A stretch of DNA of 64,000 bases from Somniosus microcephalus (GCA_052327205.1 CM126209.1:34286001-34350000); one strand, 5' to 3'; shown: positions 51,481-64,000, counted from the first letter of the stretch. Numbers and translations are program-made. The notes: a model not told the origin generated them from the sequence alone.

Positions 51481-53704
51481 CTAAAAAACCATCAAGTTGA
51501 ATTTTGAAAGCAAACAAAGCCTCTGAGGGAACTGGATAGAAGGGGAGGGGAGGAGGTCTTTGACCACCCATCCTTGAGGCAGGGTGACGGGGACTGGATG
51601 GAGAGTTACCAGTAGGGTGAGCGACAGTGAAGTGAGGAAAAGGAGATAATTCAAAGGGGAAGAGGTAGCAATAGGAGTAAGTTGGGATAGTGAAGACTTT
51701 AGAAGTAGGGAATAAGGTAGTAGCAAAGAGAGAGGTTAAGAGACGCAATGGAAGCACAAGTAATGTGGGAAAGGGGATGGGAATAGAGTTGCTGAGACCG
51801 GCAGGCCACAATTTCCCTGCAAATTCCTCATATGTTCCTTTCCCCACCACGGCACCCACCTTCCATCTGAAAGAAAAGAAAAAGTCAAAGACAGAGAGAA
51901 AGAGAATGGAGAGAGAAGCAAACACAGGAGTTAGGGAGAGAGAGACAAACAGAAGCAGAAGAAGTGAGACAAAGATAGAAATAGCAATACAAAGACAGTG
52001 TCAGATAAGAAACCATATTTTCCAATTCATAATTTGCAACACCACGGGAGATCCATCAATATATTAAACGCTTTGTGTATAGTGCACAATTCCTGTACAG
52101 ACATCCTGCAACACTTTCCCCGTCAAGTTTTTGTTGATGTAGTCAAAGTAAAAGAGCACAAAATTAACACTGAAGAGGTAGGGAAGGTATGATCAAACAA
52201 AAAAAGTGACTAGAAAACTACCAGCGAGAAACTATAAAGGACTTAGGAAAGCGATCAATCCCAAATGACCAGTCAGAAGAACCTACAACTAAAAGAAAGG
52301 CAAACCAATCACATCCTTTTAGTAACTGAAGTATGTATGTAATCCCAAAAATAAAATATGTACTTTACAGTAACAATTACATTTACCACAGAACTCTGTT
52401 GAAGTCTTTTAATACCATCATTAAAAGTTTTTATTTAAAGGCCCCAAAAGCTGAGGCTTAAGACTGGATATTTTTGCCACAGAGCAGTTGAAGAAATTTG
52501 GCAACCATATCAGTGCAATATGTGCACGTGCTGTTTGCGGAATTTCCCAGCGTGCTACATTTTCCAGAGTAGGTTCTCTCTGGATTTTCAAACTATAAAG
52601 CTTTACCTCTTCATTCTGTGACAGAATTTCTATAATTTTTTTTTTTTGAAGTAATCTTTCACATTTAAATTATGAAAAACTTAATTTATACTTAAGAGGG
52701 CATGGGAGAGAGTGAGATAGATACAAGTCACAGATTTAATCATTTAATTGTGAAATATGCTTTTTTTTTCTATGTTAATTATGCTGGGAAGCTTACTCCT
52801 AAGGGTTTTTCTGCTTCAAAGACAAACTGAATTTCAAACCTTTCATTTTGAGCAGAAGAGGCTAATTATATCACCTGTGTTTTACAATATGCATTAAAGA
52901 AACTAATTACATCACCTGTGTTATCATTACTAAAACTGTTACATCTGCACATACTTCCTGTCTGCACCGCTTGATTTCCTGTTGTCACATTTTGTCACCC
53001 TTTTGTGTCAACATTTCCCGTATTATAATTTCCTATGTCCATATTTATAATGAATTTTGTCAATGTAAACTTGTCATGCTGTCATTACACAATCTAACCA
53101 CTTAGTTGTTTAGTGCCAAGTTTGTGAACATCCTCGAACAACTTCAGAAAAAATTCTAACCCTTTGGTCACCATCTTGGATGGTGCGGATAATTTTCATT
53201 TTCTTTGATGTAGGTTGATCCTTTTTAATATATATTTTATTTTAAAGTTTTGTTAAATTCTTTAGTCTATATATACTTGTAACCTTCAACCTGCAATCTC
53301 CCAGTTCAATGTAAAAGCTTTCCCCCCGCCCACCCCCATACAAGTATAGGTAATCTGCACTTTCCTATCTGCTTAACACTCAACTGTCGCCATGGGCTCA
53401 ACATCACTGTGGGTCAACATGCCACGTGTGTCCCACTAATGCGCCGCCTTCTCTGCAAGACAAAGGGCAACTTCTGCCGTTGAAGCCAGAACTCGTGCAA
53501 GCCCTGTTACTCTTTGTGTAAACAATGGCAATGTCAGAAGCATAATTCCTCCTCTCCTCCAAAAGAAAAACCATTTTGAACGAAAAGATGCATATGAAAG
53601 CCTTCACCACTCCTCCCCCAACTTAGCAGGATATTTAGAAGCAACCTTTTTACTAACCAAGATCACCAGTACCCCCCAACCCACTTATCAGTGCCACCCC
53701 CAAG

Positions 53705-53734
<30 letters not shown>
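53705..53734. repeat. (GA)n microsatellite
   Basis: Read directly from the sequence. Confidence 0.9.
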
Positions 53735-53744
<10 letters not shown>

Positions 53745-53944
53745 AAAAGCAGCCTCGAGCCTTTGGTGGCTCCTTTCCCTGCCACAGCACATCATACCAC
53801 CCACCATCTTTCACCCAAAAGGACAGAAGAAAGAGAGAGAGAGGACTCCTATTGAAGTCAGTGGAAACAAAAATCGGAAGATATAGAACGAGCTACCGAC
53901 GCACAAAGTCAAGATCTATCCCAATGTATGTGTCACTCTGATAG

Positions 53945-54032
53945 TTTCCCACATTACAACAGTGACTACACTCCAAAAGTACCTCATTGGCTGTAAAGCG
54001 CTTTGAGACGTCGAGTGGTCGTGAAAGGCGCT
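53945..54032 (+). mobile_element. DeuSINE/L2-like 3' tail fragment
   Basis: acattacaacagtgactacact..attggctgtaaagcgcttt..gtgaaaggcgct. Confidence 0.75.
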
Positions 54033-54136
54033 TTTTTTCTTTAACTTCATTAATGGAGCTTACATATCTCTGTCTTCATACCTCATTATAATACATTACT
54101 AGACAGGGAGGGCAGGGCTTACAAAAAAAAAAGACA

Positions 54137-55640
54137 CCTTAGAGTGGATGTGAAGGCTTCGGAGAGGGTGCAGAAGAGATTTACTACAATGGTTCCAGGG
54201 ATGAGGGATTACAGTTATGTGGATAGACTGGAGAAGTGGGGTTGTTCTCCTTCGAGCAGAAAAAGCCAAGAGCAAATTTGATAAAGGTGTTTAAAATCAT
54301 GAAGGGTTTAGTAAATAAAGAGAAACTGTTTCCAATGGCAGAAGTGTCGATAACCAGAGAGCACAGATTTAAGGCAACATGAGGGGAAACTTTTTTACGC
54401 AACGAGTGGTTAGGATTTGGGCTGCACGGTCATCGAATTACAGTATGCAGACAACGTTTGCGTCTGCGCACACTCGGAGGTCGAACTCCAAACCATCATC
54501 AACACCTTCACCGAAGCGTACGAGAGCACGGGCCTTACATTAAACATCTGCAAGACAAAAGTCCTCTACCAAGCTGCCCCCGTCACACAGTACTGCTCCC
54601 CGATGATCAAAATCCACGACGAGGCCCTGGACAATGTGGACCACTTTCCATACCTCGGGAGCCTACTGTCAACAAGGGCAGACGTCGATGACGAAGTCCA
54701 ACACCGCCTTCAGTGTGCCAGTGCAGCCTTCGGTCACCTGAGGAAGAGAGTGTTTGAAGACCAGTACCTCAAACCCAACACCAAGCTCATGGTCTACAGA
54801 GCAGCAGTGATACCCGCCCTCCTGTATGCTTCAGACATGGACCATGTATAGCAGGCACCTCAAAGCACTGGAGAGGTACCGCCAATGCTGCCTCTGCAAG
54901 ATCCTGCAAATCCATTGGCATGATAGGCGCACCAACGTCAGTGTTCTCGCTCAGGCCAACATCCCCAGCATCGAAGCTTGACCATGCTCGATCAGCTCCG
55001 ATGGACGGCCCACATCGTCCACATGCCCGATACGAGACTCCCAAAACAAGCGCTCTACTCGGAGCTCCGACACGGCAAGAGAGCCCCAGGTGGGCAGAGG
55101 AAACGCTTCAAGGACACCCTCAAAGCCTCCTTGAAAAAGTGCAACATCCCCAACGACACCTGGGAATCCCTGCCCAAGACTGCACAAAGTGGAGGAGAAG
55201 CATCTGGGAAGGCGCAGAACACCTCGATTCTCTTCACCGGGAGCAAGCAGAAGCCAAGCGCAAACAGCGGAAGGAGCGCACGTCAACCCAAGCACCCCAC
55301 CCACCCACCCCTTCAACCGCCATCTGCCCCACCTGTGACAGAGACTGCAGGTCCCGCATTGGACTCATCAGTCACCTGAGAACTCATTTTTAGTGTGGGA
55401 GCAAGTCATCCTCGGTTCCACGGGACTGCCTAAGAAGAGAAGCACTGCCTGATAGGGTGGTGGAAACAGATTCAATAGCAGCTTTCAAAAGGGAATTGGA
55501 AAAATACTTGAAGGAGAAAAAAATTGCAGGGATATGAAGACGGGGGGAGTGGGACTAACTGGATTGCTCTTCGAAAGAGCTGGCTCAGACTCTATGGGCC
55601 GAATGGCCTCCTTCTGTGCTGTACTATTCGATGATTCTAT
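54137..55640 (+). mobile_element. CR1 3' fragment split by an RTE insertion
   Basis: ERVQKRFT-type sequence runs up to gagtggttaggatttgg (54420) and resumes at gcactgcctgatagggtggtggaa (55442), ending in a gattctat tail. Confidence 0.82.
54428..55441 (+). mobile_element. 5'-truncated RTE-clade (BovB-like) LINE
   Basis: ELQYADN, GLTLNICKTKVL, FPYLGS, C-terminal CPTCDRDCRSRIGLISHLRTH, and a GAA-rich tail. Confidence 0.93.
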
Positions 55641-57289
55641 AAATAGGAAGTCATAGCTCATTCTGTCAATCACTGTCTTGCAGTCAGTTAAAAAACGTTC
55701 TGGTGCTTGAATTACCCATCCCAATTTTCCGATTGAAAAAATATTTTCTTTTGTCAGCAGAGTGGAAATCGGATCTACCAGGAGAAATTCTCAGAACAGC
55801 TGCCATCATTATCGGCCGCATTCTTGGTGCTACAAGACAATTAAGCTCCCACTTCTTTCAAGGTCTAAGCCCAGTGCTTTCATTTTAAAATTCTGTGTCC
55901 CCTGCTTCCTCAATTTTCTCTGCTCCTGACTACAACTATCCACAAGTGCTCCTCTCACCATCAGTCCTCCAGCTGTGCTATGCTCCTCCCCTGATGTGCA
56001 CATCTTTCTGTGCTCTGCCCCTCAGCTGGGGGCGAGACAATGCTAAACACCACAACCCCATTCCAAACCCTAGGCAACCTGTGAGCAATGCCACAGGACA
56101 TCAATTAGTTTTTAATATCACTTGAATTCTGTCAAAAAGTACAACTTTGTAATATTTTGTTTCCAATTGTACAAATATTTAACTTTAATCTATCTATAAT
56201 CATGGGACTATATTATCTTTCACCAGTAGAAAAATACTATAAAATTTAACGTGGCGGTTGCGAACCAGGCCTTTCTTCAGCACCCAAGTAGTTACCCAAG
56301 ATTTACAGTAAATGGTGACTTTAATCAGCTGACATTTAATCTATCATAAATCCTATATCAGTGTTTGCCATATGTAGGTTGATCAAACGTTACTTAATTT
56401 TTCTAAACTTTTCCATAAACCATTTAATAGTGCTGATAGCTATTTCTGTAAAACATCTTAATAACTGTTTTCTTTTTTTGATTTAGCATTCCTCTGAACT
56501 GAAAGAAAATCTTCTCCTCCTACCCAATCAACACCTGCTTCACAGTTATCCATATGGAACATTTAAAATCACCCTCAAGCCATCTCAGATATGGTGGGTT
56601 AATCATTTACCATACAATTATGACTTAACATTTAAATAATCCCTACCCGACAGTCCTGACCGATTTAACATGGCTTATTTAAAGTGGTATTCTGCATGTC
56701 ACAAAATCCAGATGTCTACAAATAGCTTCTTCTATCCAACATTGTGGCAAACTGAAGCGCAATTCTCCTTTTGTGCAATTGCACTATTTGTGAAGAGTTC
56801 AGACAGTGTAACTTTCATGCACAATCTTCCAGATCTATCACACCACAAATCATCCTAGTGCTACTGAACAACCAGAAACGTCCTTTCTAAGCCTCAGAAG
56901 GCCCTCTGAATAAACATATATTTATCTGGAATGTAATGTATTTCTTAGAGAGCATTTTGTTCCAACTGCACTTCTCTTAAATTCTTGAACAAGTCGTAAA
57001 AGTTTTATAATGGCATTTAGAAGCACTTTCCTCTGCAAAGTGCCTTTGTTAGACTTCTATCCACACCAAACTACCTGGGTAACACTTGAGTTCTGGAGCA
57101 TAAAAGGGAGTCTCACAAAATAATCTCCAATACAGAGAGATAGGTACCTACAAGTGCCATCATAAATTTGTTTCAGAAACAGCTATACTGAAACTATCAC
57201 AGCCAATGTCCATTGCTACATTACTGGCAACAGGATTTTCTAAATAATTATAAATCACTCTGATCATCGGCTACACAAATGTCGTATTT

Positions 57290-57740
57290 AAGGCTTCAGT
57301 CACCACATAATTTCCTAAGACTGTTTCCTTCCACCCCCTCAAAATTTACTGCTTCTGCCCCTACCTCACCACCACTGCCAAAATCTTTGTCCACACCTTT
57401 ATCACCTTATGGTTTGACTTTTCTAACACTCTTATAACTGACCTCCAAATTGCACAAATTATAGCTCATCCAGAATCTAATGGTCCAGATCTTCCCCCAC
57501 ACAAAGTGCTGTATTCCCATCATCCAATCCCTTTCAAACTCCACTAACTCCAGTTTGCCTAGCAAATTGACTTCAAAATCCTCCTCCTCACTTTCAATAG
57601 CTCCATGCCATTTTAACTTAATATAATCTCCTCCAACCATACATCCTGCATACCCATCGATAGTCACTCTATCAGCCACTACATCCCTGGCCTCAAAAAA
57701 AAACCTTCCAAGATCGCCCTGCCATGCCACAACCCTCCCA
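57290..57740 (+). mobile_element. Decayed L2 LINE 3' region
   Basis: TAKIFVHTFITLWFDFSNTL resembles AKTLVHAFITSRLDYCNSL; also LHKL*LIQN and IDFKILLLTF. Confidence 0.7.
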
Positions 57741-58649
57741 TTGCCACTAGATACGCAACTAGAATTTTGTGTAAAGCTACATTATAATCTTACTTTTGAG
57801 ACAACTAAAATCCTAACAGAGAATTACAAGTTTAGGACCTAGCCGTGACCAACATTTGAACTTGCTTGCCATTACTGCACAAGTTTAACAACATTCTGTG
57901 TGGGCTTCGATAAAACACTTTTTTTGGGGGAAAAAAGTAAATGTTTAAATACCAACACTATAATGTTTTCTCTCTGTCTGTATTTAGCACTTTCTGTTAA
58001 AAGGTTGAAGGAAAGGAAACGTATCCAAGTTAAATATTTTGCCTCCTATACCAACTTCAAATCAAATCTTATTGCAAATGAACAAGCTATAAATGAACTC
58101 TTCCAAATATAATGCAGACTCCAGGACACCTGCTACAAAACATATTTAATTGACTCTAGGTAGGACCTACCCAACATTCATCACCAACAGTGTTTATTCT
58201 GAATTACAGCAATGAAACATAACATAGGATCGTGTAATCAATTCATTTATACCAATTATTTTCTTGCCTATACTTATATTTAAAACTCTTCAATATAACA
58301 GATAATCCCTTTTTGCTGTTATATATTTGCATTCTGCTGTAGCAATTTGCTTACCTTTCCATTTGCGTATCAGTCTTTGTACAAAACAACACAATAGGTT
58401 TAGAATTTATAGTTGATGCATGGTAGAAAACAGTAGGTCTCGCAAAATACTTGCGTGTCACTCCAAGTATTGTACAACACTTTTCCAGTTCACTACAGGA
58501 CTCAAAACATTTATTTAGGTAAGAAAAAAGGCATTAAACCTATACCGATGAATCGCATGTTTGAAGCAGAATAAATTCATAAAATAATTTGTGATGTCTC
58601 GCAAAGACGTCAGGTCCATGTTCGCAAGTAACATACATTAGCCTACAAA

Positions 58650-59010
58650 TAACCCCCACCCATCTCTCCTGAAGGAGTTAACTACCTTAGTAGGATATTA
58701 CTTCATGGGTGGCAGTTGTCCTCCGGTATCTCACCCAAGTGCCAATTGTGTATGAGCTTTCACAGTGAGTGACAGCAGGCTGGCTGTGGAGAACATCACA
58801 GGCAGACCAAGCCTGTCTTCATCCAAACACTTCCAAATGGATTTGGTGTGTTGCAATCAGGAGAATGGACCTAGCCTAGTTTCCCTTTCCAAATTCAGTG
58901 CTGCTGCAGTCAATCGTAATGCTTCTACCACTGCCTGGATGAGATCAACTATCTCAGCACAGACCAAGCATTGAATCAGAGGCCTGTCTGGTCTTTGTAG
59001 CTCAGGCACA
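58650..59010 (-). repeat. Old dispersed SINE-like repeat, copy 4
   Basis: Weak similarity to the 26860 and 37700 copies (ctcctgaagg, cacccaagt, caggag.atggac). Confidence 0.4.
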
Positions 59011-60449
59011 ATGACCTCACCTCACCTTCCCTCCCATTGTTATGAAATTATATCAGACCAAGTTCAAGCTCAAATCAAATTCAAGTTACTCTCTGGACAG
59101 GGCACCTATAAATTATAAAGAATGTGTGTGAAGCCATTATTAAAGTTTAGTTATTTTGCTTCCAATGAATTTGTCACAGACAAACAGAGACTGTGGAGCA
59201 CATTTCCATCTTGCTCCAAACCTGAATTAGGCCACTTTCATTGTTAGGAACAGGTGCCCCACGACTCTTCGTTCATTACAGCAGCATCAGTACAATTTTG
59301 TGATATCAACACGTACTGAATCTATTAGGAAACGACCATAATAAACAGTTGCAAACAGAAAGATTTTAAAGTGTGGAACTCCAAATGCCTCGAGATGCTA
59401 CAAATGTTTTTACCAAAGAATTAATAGCTATTTACTAAAGCTATTCATTCTTGGTGTATGAAATTAATCACATGAGTATCGGAAGAGTAAACTTCAAACA
59501 ATATTAATTAGTTCATAGCAGTAAGACTCAATTCCTTCTCTCAAAATGGCGGTCGTATATCTAACTGATTATTTTAAAAGTTCAGTAGAGAACAATGACG
59601 CCATCTTGTGGGACAAAATGTGATTTCTGATGCGGAAAAGTTTTATGTTCCACTGGTAGTCATATTATGGAAAAAAATTGTATTATCATTTACAAATTGA
59701 GGTTTTAAATAACGAATCTTATTAATTTTTTCACCATTTGCGGTTTTCCATTGCTTTTTATTCTGCAACTTAAAAAAATTGCCAGCTTTAAATTTCCAGC
59801 TCCATGACCTAGTGATAATATTACTGAAACATACATTGAATGGGGACAAAGTGGCACAGTGCAATGGAACATTAAATACAGCATTATGGAAGGAAGAGAC
59901 ACAGATTTTATCTCACACACTGCTGAATTCTCAATCTCAGCAGTACTATTGTGGAGAGATCTCTCATTACAGGATGAAGGGAAAATTGGAGGCCATCTTG
60001 TCGCTGGACAGCACTGCGTACCTCCTAGCCCTAAACTGAAAAGGGGCATTTGTGACTGGACACCTGGGAGCAGGTTATCCATCCACTTTTAGGAGGTTTA
60101 ATGACTACTAAGACCTATAAAATGAAGGGGCTGAAAAAGGGAAAATAGCAGAATTTCATAATCTCAAAAATATATATTTGAATTGTAATACTGTTGGTTT
60201 ACTATTGGTAACAGTGTCATGATCATAACTTGAAATCCATGCTCAAGCTAAAGAATACAAATAAAAACAAAGCAGGACACTATGATGCTATTTAAAATAT
60301 ATTTACATTTTGGTAATTTTACGCAGGCTTAATAAGTTTAAAATTAAATTGAGAAATCGAGATATGGTGTGATGCGATGCCTTCCATCCTCGCCATCATA
60401 TCTCAATGATTAAATGAAAGATCACAAGACAAATTCAGTTGAAGAAATG

Positions 60450-61560
60450 CCTTCCAGACATACTAATCCGATCATCTTCCCATATCCCATTACAGTATCT
60501 AGCTGTTCTTAAAGGAGTCTAGTGTCATGGCCTCAAGCAACCTTCCTGGCAGCCCATTCCAGCTGTTAATCACCCTCTATGGATAATTACTTCCCAATAC
60601 CTGTCCTAAATTTGCCTTTGCAACCATGAACCACTTGTCCTGCTGCACTAGCTTCTATAACGCTAGAAGATTATGACACAGAAAGAGGCCATTCAGCCAA
60701 TCATGTCCATGCCTGCTCTTTGCTATAGTAATCCAAAATTAATCCCACTGCCCCTTTCTCTCACCACAGACCTGCATCTTATTCTCTGTTTCAAATAAGA
60801 ACACAAGAATTAGGAGCAGGAGTAGGCCATATGGCCTCTCGAGCACGCTCCGCCATTCAGTAAGATCTTTGACCTCAACTCCACTTTCCCACCCGATCCC
60901 CATATTCTTTGATTCTCCTAGAGTCCAAAAATCTATCTATCTCAGCCTTGAATATACTCAACAACTCAGCATCCACAGCCGTTTGGGGTAGAGAATTCCA
61001 AAGTTTATCTACTCTTCCATTAAGAGATTCAATGGTCTGTGCCTCTATCACTCCAGGTGGCAAAGCATTCCTTGCAACAGCTTTGCGCATAAAGTACTGT
61101 TTCTGGTTCATATTCTCTATCTCATTAAGATAACCTCTATATTTTTACAAAATGCCTCCTTTTTTTAAGGTTGAAGAGTCCCATCAAGTCACTTCTTGTA
61201 GTTCTTCCCCTTAACACCACAGATTAACCTTATTCCTCTGACCTAAACACTGCTTGGCTCCTTTATGTTACAGCAATCAGAAGTGTGCACACTATTCCAG
61301 GTGTGCTTGGAACAGGATATTGCACAGCTTTAGCATATTTGAACTCAACTGATTTAGGGATATAAGCCAGCTTTGTTTATTGCTGTCTGACACTGAACCT
61401 GGCAAGACTCAACTAATATCACAGGTCTTTCAACTTCTCCCATGGTAAGTTTTATCTCAGACATGCAGTGCACATACTTCCTATTTTTATTTCCAATATA
61501 TGTGGCACCTTGCATTTATCTGTATTGAACTTCATTCGCCACTCATCAGATCTTGTCTAC
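60450..61560 (-). mobile_element. Mosaic of CR1 3' fragments, including a younger one at ~60798-61005
   Basis: taggagcaggagtaggccat 3' UTR; LWNSLPQTAVDAE..FKAEIDRFL; older decayed CR1 sequence on both sides. Confidence 0.7.
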
Positions 61561-61582
61561 TTCTTCCCAGTCCACAATCGCC

Positions 61583-61935
61583 CGTAGCTTGGCTCAGTTG
61601 GCTGCACTCTTACCTCCGAATCAGATGGTTGCGGATTCAAGCCCCCAGGAGTTGAAAGAGTAATGCTTTGTCAGAGGTGCAGTCCTTCAGATGAGATGTT
61701 AAACCAGGGCTCTGTCTAATGGATGTTAAAAGTTCCATGGCACTAAAGCAGAAAATGCTCAGTGCCTTAACCAACATTATTTCCCTCTACCACCACCAAA
61801 AAAATTTGTTCAACTGGTCATTCATCGCATTTGTTTATGGGATCTTGCTGTGCAAAAAATGGCTGCTGCATTTATCTACATAATAACAGTCACTGCGCTT
61901 CAAAAGAATAGTTGCACATGAAGCACTTTCAGACA
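61583..61935 (+). mobile_element. DeuSINE (SacSINE1-like), degenerate
   Basis: cttggctcagttgg head, cagatgagatgttaaacc, tgggatcttgctgtgc..aatggctgctgc. Confidence 0.75.
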
Positions 61936-61957
61936 TTTATTAGTGACATAAGATATC

Positions 61958-63294
61958 GGCCCAGAAATTCGGGTCTCCACGGGTGAGTACGCATGGGGTA
62001 CTCACCCGTAAGCCCAATGGAAGTGCCGGTTTCATGCATGCACTGCGCATGCATGGGAAACTGGCACTTCCGTTTCCCTGAAAGGGGTTGAGAGGTGGAG
62101 CGCATGCGCAGGAGAGGCAGCGCGTGCGGATCGAACTTACGTTTTTTTGCAGGTTTTCCCGGGAGGGTAAGTCTCCAGGAGTTACACTTTTAAAAAGCAG
62201 GTGCAAGGCCTGCTTTTTACAAGGTAAGTGGTGAATTAATTAAAATTAAAACATTTTTTCCACAGGTTTATTATTTTTAAATACTTTAAAGAAAGGTAAG
62301 TTTATTTTTAGCCCCGTTAGAAAATGTAATTAATTTTTTCAAAAATTTAAATTATTGTTTAAAATAGTTATTTCATGTAATTTATAGTTTACTAGCTGGG
62401 GGGGGGCCCGGCGTTGCCAGGGCAGTTTAGAGGGCCGCGCGGTTGACGGCCGGCCGCTGCCGCTCCCCCGCTCTGTGTCTCGGGCCGCGCGGTTGACGGC
62501 TGCCCGCTGCCGCTCCCCCGTTCTGTGTCTCAGGCCGAGCGGTTGTGAGGCCCGGCCCGAGTGACCCCAACTCACCTCCCGCTCCGGCGGGCCGACGCAG
62601 CTGCCCCGCTCGCTGTCGAGGAAAAGCAGGGGAAAAAATGGCGGCGACGTTTAGGGAGGCTGCTGGATTAGGTCCCGCCCGTGACAACCATCAGGTCACT
62701 GAACTGTAGGAGTGGTCAACCATCACGTCACTCAACGCTAATGAGCGGTAGGATTGGTCAACCGCTAATGAGCGGATTTTTGAACTTTTACTGTCCGAAC
62801 AATTTTTGTCTGACCAAAAAGTAAATACGCCTATGACACTCCCCTGATCATCAGCTTTCTTTTGATATAACATATGTGTAGGTACGCTCTATAACTTTTG
62901 AGTGTATAGCGGACAGACAGACATACATACAGACATACGGATAGACATACTGCTTTCTATAGATAGATTTTTAAAAGTGTGATTTAAAAAAAAAATTATT
63001 TGAAGATTTAGTGATGTTTTGGGGCTTATAGTATTTATAGGTTTGACAGGTCTTCCTGTCAAACTTATGAATGAAGCATTCCCTGCTACCATTGGCTCTC
63101 CATGGCCCACGTGATCCCAGGGGACACATCAAACTAACTGCACCCCTGGGATACGCAAGCACTGCGCGCCGGCAGTTGGAGGAGGCCCAGGATCGGAATC
63201 CCACGCGGGCCCACAGCTCAACGGCCGGCGCGCTAGCTAAGTGCAGGTCGGGAGCTTGCACCCATGGGAAGCCCCCGACCTGAATTTCTGGGCC
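61958..63294 (+). mobile_element. MITE (same family as 27345) carrying a nested ~580-bp insertion; 3-bp TSD ATC
   Basis: ATC|GGCCCAGAAATTCGGGTC ... GACCTGAATTTCTGGGCC|ATC; colinear with 27345-28107 except for 62391-62968. Confidence 0.92.
62391..62968 (+). mobile_element. Non-autonomous Helentron/Helitron-like element (HINE/DINE-1/Lep1-like)
   Basis: Starts ACTAG with the subterminal palindrome cccggcgttgccaggg, has internal ~50-bp tandem repeats, a 3' acag/acat microsatellite and the end ctatagatagat. Inserted in a T-run with no TSD. Confidence 0.72.
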
Positions 63295-63349
63295 ATCATA
63301 TAACCACAACTCCTTCTTTCATTTTAGCTTGGATTCATCTATAAAAGGT

Positions 63350-63750
63350 AACTACTTTGTACTTAGACTGTGATTCCATGTCATTTATGTATACCATGAA
63401 CAGGAGAAAGCCCCAGTATAGATCACTGAGACACACCACTCAGTATCTCTCCTATTACCACCTAGCTCCACACATTGCTTCCTTCCCTTTATCCAGTTAC
63501 TAATCTACATTCACGTCTTACGCTGGTTACCTACTGATAGTTTGTGAAGGAATCCTTCATGCAGTAATTTATCAAATGTCTTTTGGAAGTATAGGTATAC
63601 TACATGGTATGGCTCCCCACTCCTCCTATGCCAGTCAGTCTGAAATGTCACTCCTCAAAATCATCTGAGGTTAGTCATGAAAGTCACTTTGGCTGTCAAT
63701 TATTAGGTTTTTTTCCAATAGTTTTTCCAAAAGATACAGCATTGGCTCTA
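63350..63750 (-). mobile_element. Decayed CR1 RT remnant
   Basis: Minus strand VVYLYFQKTFDK near 63565-63605. Confidence 0.55.
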
Positions 63751-63789
63751 TATTTTCTATCAATCCTCAAATATTAATTGAGGGAAAAA

Positions 63790-64000
63790 AGTTCCAAATT
63801 CTTCATCAAACCTGGCCTTGAACACGATGGCTCCTAAGCCACAAGGGAGACATTAAAGCACGGCAGACAGTGCAGAATAGAGCTGTGAGGCTGATCCGTA
63901 ATGTGAAAGGTCTCAGCTATGAAGGAAGACTGGAGAAATTTGGGATTTTCAGCATGAAAATGAGGTGACTGAGAGCTGATCTTAGAGGTATATAAGGTAG
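63790..64000 (+). mobile_element. Decayed CR1 3' coding remnant, runs off the window end
   Basis: VQNRAVRLIRNVKGLSYEGRLEKFGIFS..LRADL. Confidence 0.75.

Noticed and set aside
51480-51870. Purine-rich tract upstream of the CR1 ORF as a CR1 ORF1 or 5' UTR
   Set aside because: It lies outside the 17-bp TSD, has no esterase or zinc-finger motifs, and looks like an unrelated decayed (possibly L2) repeat.
62432-62545. GC-rich direct repeats as a CRISPR-like array
   Set aside because: Head-to-tail 50-bp units without unique spacers, inside a eukaryotic transposon.
1-64000. Other VTI1A exons (EQMDLEVRE... upstream; EQIGQEMLENL... downstream)
   Set aside because: Not found by eye; they probably lie outside the window given the large introns, although a miss cannot be excluded.

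Overview
Vertebrate genomic DNA, most likely a cartilaginous fish (shark), judged from its repeat repertoire. The window lies inside the SNARE gene VTI1A on the minus strand. It contains the exon KRSRIAYSDE...ENQ (34167-34250), the 21-nt neural microexon LIKLREE (32105-32125, the Vti1a-beta insert) and the exon RACLLDNTERLERS...VET (29341-29425); everything else is intronic. About 14-36.6 kb is AT-rich, largely transposon-poor and has several enhancer-like blocks, as expected if the VTI1A-TCF7L2 regulatory block is conserved. The flanks are rich in CR1, L2, RTE and L1/Tx1 LINEs, DeuSINEs and TIR-bearing MITEs, often nested. Most notable: (i) an intact CR1 EN-RT ORF at the centre of a Penelope-type inverted repeat, with a 17-bp TSD around the whole composite; (ii) a Helentron/HINE-like element nested in a MITE whose empty-site sibling is in the same window; (iii) a LINE with a tRNA-like Pol III head and no room for ORF1; (iv) divergently oriented CTCF-like sites; (v) two isolated hairpins. 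Repeat boundaries were read by eye and are approximate unless TIRs or TSDs are quoted.
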